DNA of 11,181 nucleotides, taken from the NCBI GenBank assembly GCA_016839515.1, contig JAEOUE010000048.1:1-11181 (forward strand), written 5' to 3'. Both the position numbers and the translations under genes were made by a program. Below the pieces are notes generated by a model, which saw nothing but the letters and a program-made list of their open reading frames with translations, searched no databases and was not told the DNA's origin. The DNA comes from Candidatus Hodarchaeum mangrovi (lineage in GTDB: Archaea > Asgardarchaeota > Heimdallarchaeia > Hodarchaeales > Hodarchaeaceae). Below, in pieces: positions 8,571 through 11,181 of the stretch; the stretch's first letter is position 1; each line of letters starts with the position of its first letter.

Positions 8571-8617
8571 TCAGAGAAATTTATAATCCGATAAAATTCT
8601 CGAGAAAACTTTTTATG
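8571..8617 (+). promoter_or_regulatory. Candidate archaeal BRE+TATA promoter(s) for the TPR gene
   Basis: Two purine-rich BRE-like plus TATA-like elements: CAGAGAAATTTATAA (8572-8586) and CGAGAAAACTTTTTATG (8601-8617). The second ends about 35 nt upstream of the ATG at 8653. Confidence 0.4.
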
Positions 8618-8638
8618 AATTATGATGCTGAAATTTTA

Positions 8639-8645
8639 GTGAGGG
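8639..8645 (+). promoter_or_regulatory. Shine-Dalgarno-like site for the TPR gene
   Basis: GTGAGGG lies 7 nt upstream of the ATG at 8653. Confidence 0.5.
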
Positions 8646-8652
8646 AATATAT

Positions 8653-9486
8653 ATGAGTCAAATTCCATCAAAAGGAATAGATTTCTCGAGTCTACCTCCA
8701 GTTCAGATTATGGTTCATGTCCCCAACGACGAAATCAGATTAAAAATTTATTGGATAAAATATGCAGACAAAATAATCAAGGAAATAGGAAAAATTCTAG
8801 AAAAAATTGTAGATTCAAAAATGTACTACCATTTAGGATGCATAAACAATAAAAAAAGCATTGTTCTAAAGTTATGTCTAGCTTGTCGAAATGGGAATCT
8901 CTATATAATTCAAGAACGTAAAGGAACACTTAAGCCTATCTTACTTCAATTTGACTTTGAATGGAGACTTTTTTTAAGATGGAGGGTTCGGGTAAAATTA
9001 TTACGGGGTTCTTTTCCAATATTATCCAATGGTAAAGAAAAGAGAGAGAAAAAGGAGAATATCAATCAATCATCAATAAATTATCAATTAGATTATCCAA
9101 CAGAGTGGTTTAATATTGGGGTTTTATTACAGAAAGAAAATCAGTATAAGGAAGCAGAAAAAGCTTATCAAAAAGCAATCAAGAAAGATCCTTCTTTTGC
9201 TCTTGCTTGGAATAATCTGGGGGTAATGCTAGTAAATCAAGGAGATTATACGAGAGCGGAAGCGGCCTATCGAAAAGCAATTGAACTTGATCCCTATCTC
9301 GCCATAGCATGGTATAATTTAGGGAATAGATTAGTAGTAAAAAATCTAGAAAAAGATGCAGAAGCTGCTTATCGAAAAGCTATTGAATTAGAGCCAGATT
9401 ATTTAAAAGCTAAGGTACAATTAGACCAATTATTACTCAATAAAAAACAAGAAAATGAGTTCGAAGAATTACTTTTGTCCTCTTAG
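8653..9486 (+). CDS. Tetratricopeptide repeat protein (3 TPRs plus capping helix) with uncharacterised N-terminal domain
   Basis: Three exact 34-aa TPRs with a W-x-N-(L/I)-G ... A-x-x-A-Y-x-K-A-I-x-x-(D/E)-P consensus. The ~125-aa N-terminal alpha/beta region and charged linker have no obvious signal peptide or TM helix. Confidence 0.9.
   Translation: MSQIPSKGIDFSSLPPVQIMVHVPNDEIRLKIYWIKYADKIIKEIGKILEKIVDSKMYYHLGCINNKKSIVLKLCLACRNGNLYIIQERKGTLKPILLQFDFEWRLFLRWRVRVKLLRGSFPILSNGKEKREKKENINQSSINYQLDYPTEWFNIGVLLQKENQYKEAEKAYQKAIKKDPSFALAWNNLGVMLVNQGDYTRAEAAYRKAIELDPYLAIAWYNLGNRLVVKNLEKDAEAAYRKAIELEPDYLKAKVQLDQLLLNKKQENEFEELLLSS
9097..9402 (+). repeat. 3 x 102-nt TPR-encoding repeats
   Basis: Units are 9097-9198 (PTEWFNIG...KAIKKDPSF), 9199-9300 (ALAWNNLG...KAIELDPYL) and 9301-9402 (AIAWYNLG...KAIELEPDY). 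Confidence 0.9.
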
Positions 9487-9628
9487 ATGCTATTACTACA
9501 TATTATAGATTGCATAGCGTTTGAGGTTTTTCAATTTATAATAATTGTATCCTCTGGAGCTTATGACAAACTATCGAATTAAATTAAATTTTTAAACTCT
9601 AGGAACATATTCTTAACTTAAATCAAAT

Positions 9629-9644
9629 AAGAAAATCTTAAGTA
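9629..9644 (+). promoter_or_regulatory. Possible BRE+TATA-like element for a leaderless transcript of the 9664 gene
   Basis: AAGAAAATCTTAAGTA ends about 20 nt upstream of the ATG at 9664, and there is no SD-like motif before this ATG. Confidence 0.3.
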
Positions 9645-9663
9645 GTCCCTGAGACGTATAAAG

Positions 9664-11181
9664 ATGATTAGAAAAGTAAAATTATCTAGAAATTTGTTCA
9701 TGTTATGTTTCATCATAATTACAATTACTTATAGATTAGTAAATCTTACACAACACCAAAATAATTATACTATACAATGGACTCTTCCAAAGAAACTCAT
9801 GAATTCCCCTAATGTCACGATAACCTCCCCAATGGCTACTACTTATACATCAATGAATATTACAGTTGAGTTAAATGGTGATGCAGTTCATTTTTGGTAT
9901 TATATAACAAGTATAGATACAATAAATAGAACTTGGTTTACAAGTGAAAATCGGGTTATTACAGAGGATGGTTCTTATACTCTCCATGCCTATGGGAATG
10001 ATTCACTTGGAGATATTACTCATGTGTCTGTTTCATTTATTATTGATACCCTTCCCCCAATAATTACCAATTTAAGGGCATATGATGAAGCTGGAGGAAA
10101 TATTTTACCAGAAAATAACTGGCATAAAGATACAGATCCTCTTTTCACATGGGATGTGTCTCCTGACGTAACAGGCATTTTAGGTTACAGTACTTCAATT
10201 AATAGTATCCCTGATACTGTAGTTGATACCACTGAGAAAAGTATGGTCCTATCTGACCTATCTGAAGGTATAACTAACTTTAGTGTCAGAGCTTGTGATA
10301 ATGCTGGGCATTGGGGTCCCCCAGCTCAATTCAGGTTTAAAATTGATACTCTTGGGGATGATGTGTTAATTTCCTCTTCAAGTCATCCCGATGAAGGATC
10401 ATGGTATAGCAATAATACAATCACATTCTGTTGGTCAACTTCTTCCTCTACATCCCCTATTGTAGGATATAGCTATATCCTTGATCAGCTACCAACTACA
10501 GAGTCAGATGCTACCATAGATATCTCTACTCAATCCCTTATTTTCGAAAATATCAGTGAAGGAATCTGGTACTTCCACATTCGAGCAATTGATCAAGCAG
10601 ATAATATTGGCCCTGTCGATCACTATAAAATTATGGTTGATTATTCTGTTCCTATGATCTTAAACCTTCGATGCTATTCTGAACCAGGAGGATATCTAAT
10701 GTCAGAAATTGACTGGTATCAAGATACTGATCCATTTTTTGCTTGGGATGTCACTCCGGATGTGAATGGAATCCTCGGTTATAGTACCTCAATTAATGGG
10801 ATTCCTGATACGACAGTTGATACAACAGGCCAAACAATGGCCCTTGCTGCCCTTCCTGATGGAGTCTGTAACTTCAGTGTACGAGCCTGCGATACTACAG
10901 GAAATTGGGGTCCCCCAACTCATTTTATACTTCAAATTGATACCATTGAGGAAGATGTCCTAATTCTGTCCTCAAGCCATCCTGAAGAGGGTACCTGGTA
11001 TATTAATAATACAGTCTCATTTAATTGGTCTACCTCTTCCTCTAGTTCTCCCATTCTTGGCTATAGCTATAATTTTGATCAATTACTTATAACAGAGCCA
11101 GATGCTACCGTAGATATCTCTACTCAATCACTTATTTTTGAAAATATTAGCGAAGGAATTTGGTACTTCCATCTTCGAGCA
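9664..11181 (+). CDS. Secreted/surface Ig- or FN3-like repeat protein, 3'-partial (not in the ORF track)
   Basis: Manual translation from the ATG at 9664 gives 506 codons with no stop to the window end: MIRKVKLSRNLFMLCFIIITITYRLV (signal-like) ... SPNVTITSP...DGSYTLHAYGNDSLG...IDTLPP ... EGIWYFHLRA. It has one Ig-like domain (about 9805-10044), then alternating A/B beta-sandwich domains with several N-x-S/T sequons. Confidence 0.92.
   Translation, partial: MIRKVKLSRNLFMLCFIIITITYRLVNLTQHQNNYTIQWTLPKKLMNSPNVTITSPMATTYTSMNITVELNGDAVHFWYYITSIDTINRTWFTSENRVITEDGSYTLHAYGNDSLGDITHVSVSFIIDTLPPIITNLRAYDEAGGNILPENNWHKDTDPLFTWDVSPDVTGILGYSTSINSIPDTVVDTTEKSMVLSDLSEGITNFSVRACDNAGHWGPPAQFRFKIDTLGDDVLISSSSHPDEGSWYSNNTITFCWSTSSSTSPIVGYSYILDQLPTTESDATIDISTQSLIFENISEGIWYFHIRAIDQADNIGPVDHYKIMVDYSVPMILNLRCYSEPGGYLMSEIDWYQDTDPFFAWDVTPDVNGILGYSTSINGIPDTTVDTTGQTMALAALPDGVCNFSVRACDTTGNWGPPTHFILQIDTIEEDVLILSSSHPEEGTWYINNTVSFNWSTSSSSSPILGYSYNFDQLLITEPDATVDISTQSLIFENISEGIWYFHLRA
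10045..11181 (+). repeat. 594-nt (198-aa) in-frame tandem duplication, A-B-A-B
   Basis: A1 is 10045-10344, B1 is 10345-10638, A2 is 10639-10938 and B2 is 10939->11181. The offset is exactly 594 nt at every anchor checked (DTDP 10129/10723, GIWYFH 10561/11155). Hand count gives about 60/100 aa identical for A and about 62/81 for the visible part of B. Confidence 0.93.

Noticed and set aside
8327-8652. ncRNA, tRNA, CRISPR array or small ORF in the largest intergenic gap (also checked 9487-9663)
   Set aside because: The gaps are very AT-rich, with no GC-rich stems, no cloverleaf, no regularly spaced direct repeats and no convincing ORF.
8791-8808. TTCTAGAA heat-shock-element-like dyad resembling the 8597 palindrome
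   Set aside because: It lies within coding sequence (KILEKI), and such short AT-rich dyads are expected by chance.
10766-10963. 65-aa plus-strand ORF in the track
   Set aside because: It is an alternate frame inside the 9664..>11181 gene. The repeat-copy substitutions are mostly synonymous or conservative in the long frame, showing that frame is the coding one.
10045-11181. Diversity-generating retroelement TR/VR pair
   Set aside because: Differences between the copies are not adenine-specific (many are C/T at third positions), both copies are in-frame coding, and no reverse transcriptase gene is in the window.

Overview
An AT-rich, gene-dense prokaryotic window, most likely from an archaeon. 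Asgard (Heimdallarchaeia/Hodarchaeales-like) is inferred from protein architecture, not proven. It holds five real genes. (1) A 5'-truncated double-FtsX/MacB-type (type VII) ABC permease. (2) Its cognate LolD/MacB-like ATPase, which has an unusual C-terminal AbrB/MraZ-like hairpin plus a zinc ribbon. (3) A convergent 1464-aa single-pass, receptor-like surface glycoprotein with an N-terminal alpha/beta domain, a prealbumin-like domain, about 8 Ig-like repeats, one TM helix, and a cytoplasmic longin/roadblock-like domain with a possible winged helix. (4) A divergent protein with three TPRs and an unassigned, possibly ubiquitin-like, N-terminal domain. (5) A 3'-truncated secreted Ig/FN3-like repeat protein (9664..>11181) that is missing from the ORF track and contains an exact 594-nt tandem duplication. 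I saw no RNA genes, CRISPR arrays or mobile elements. All domain calls come from reading motifs by eye, with no database search.
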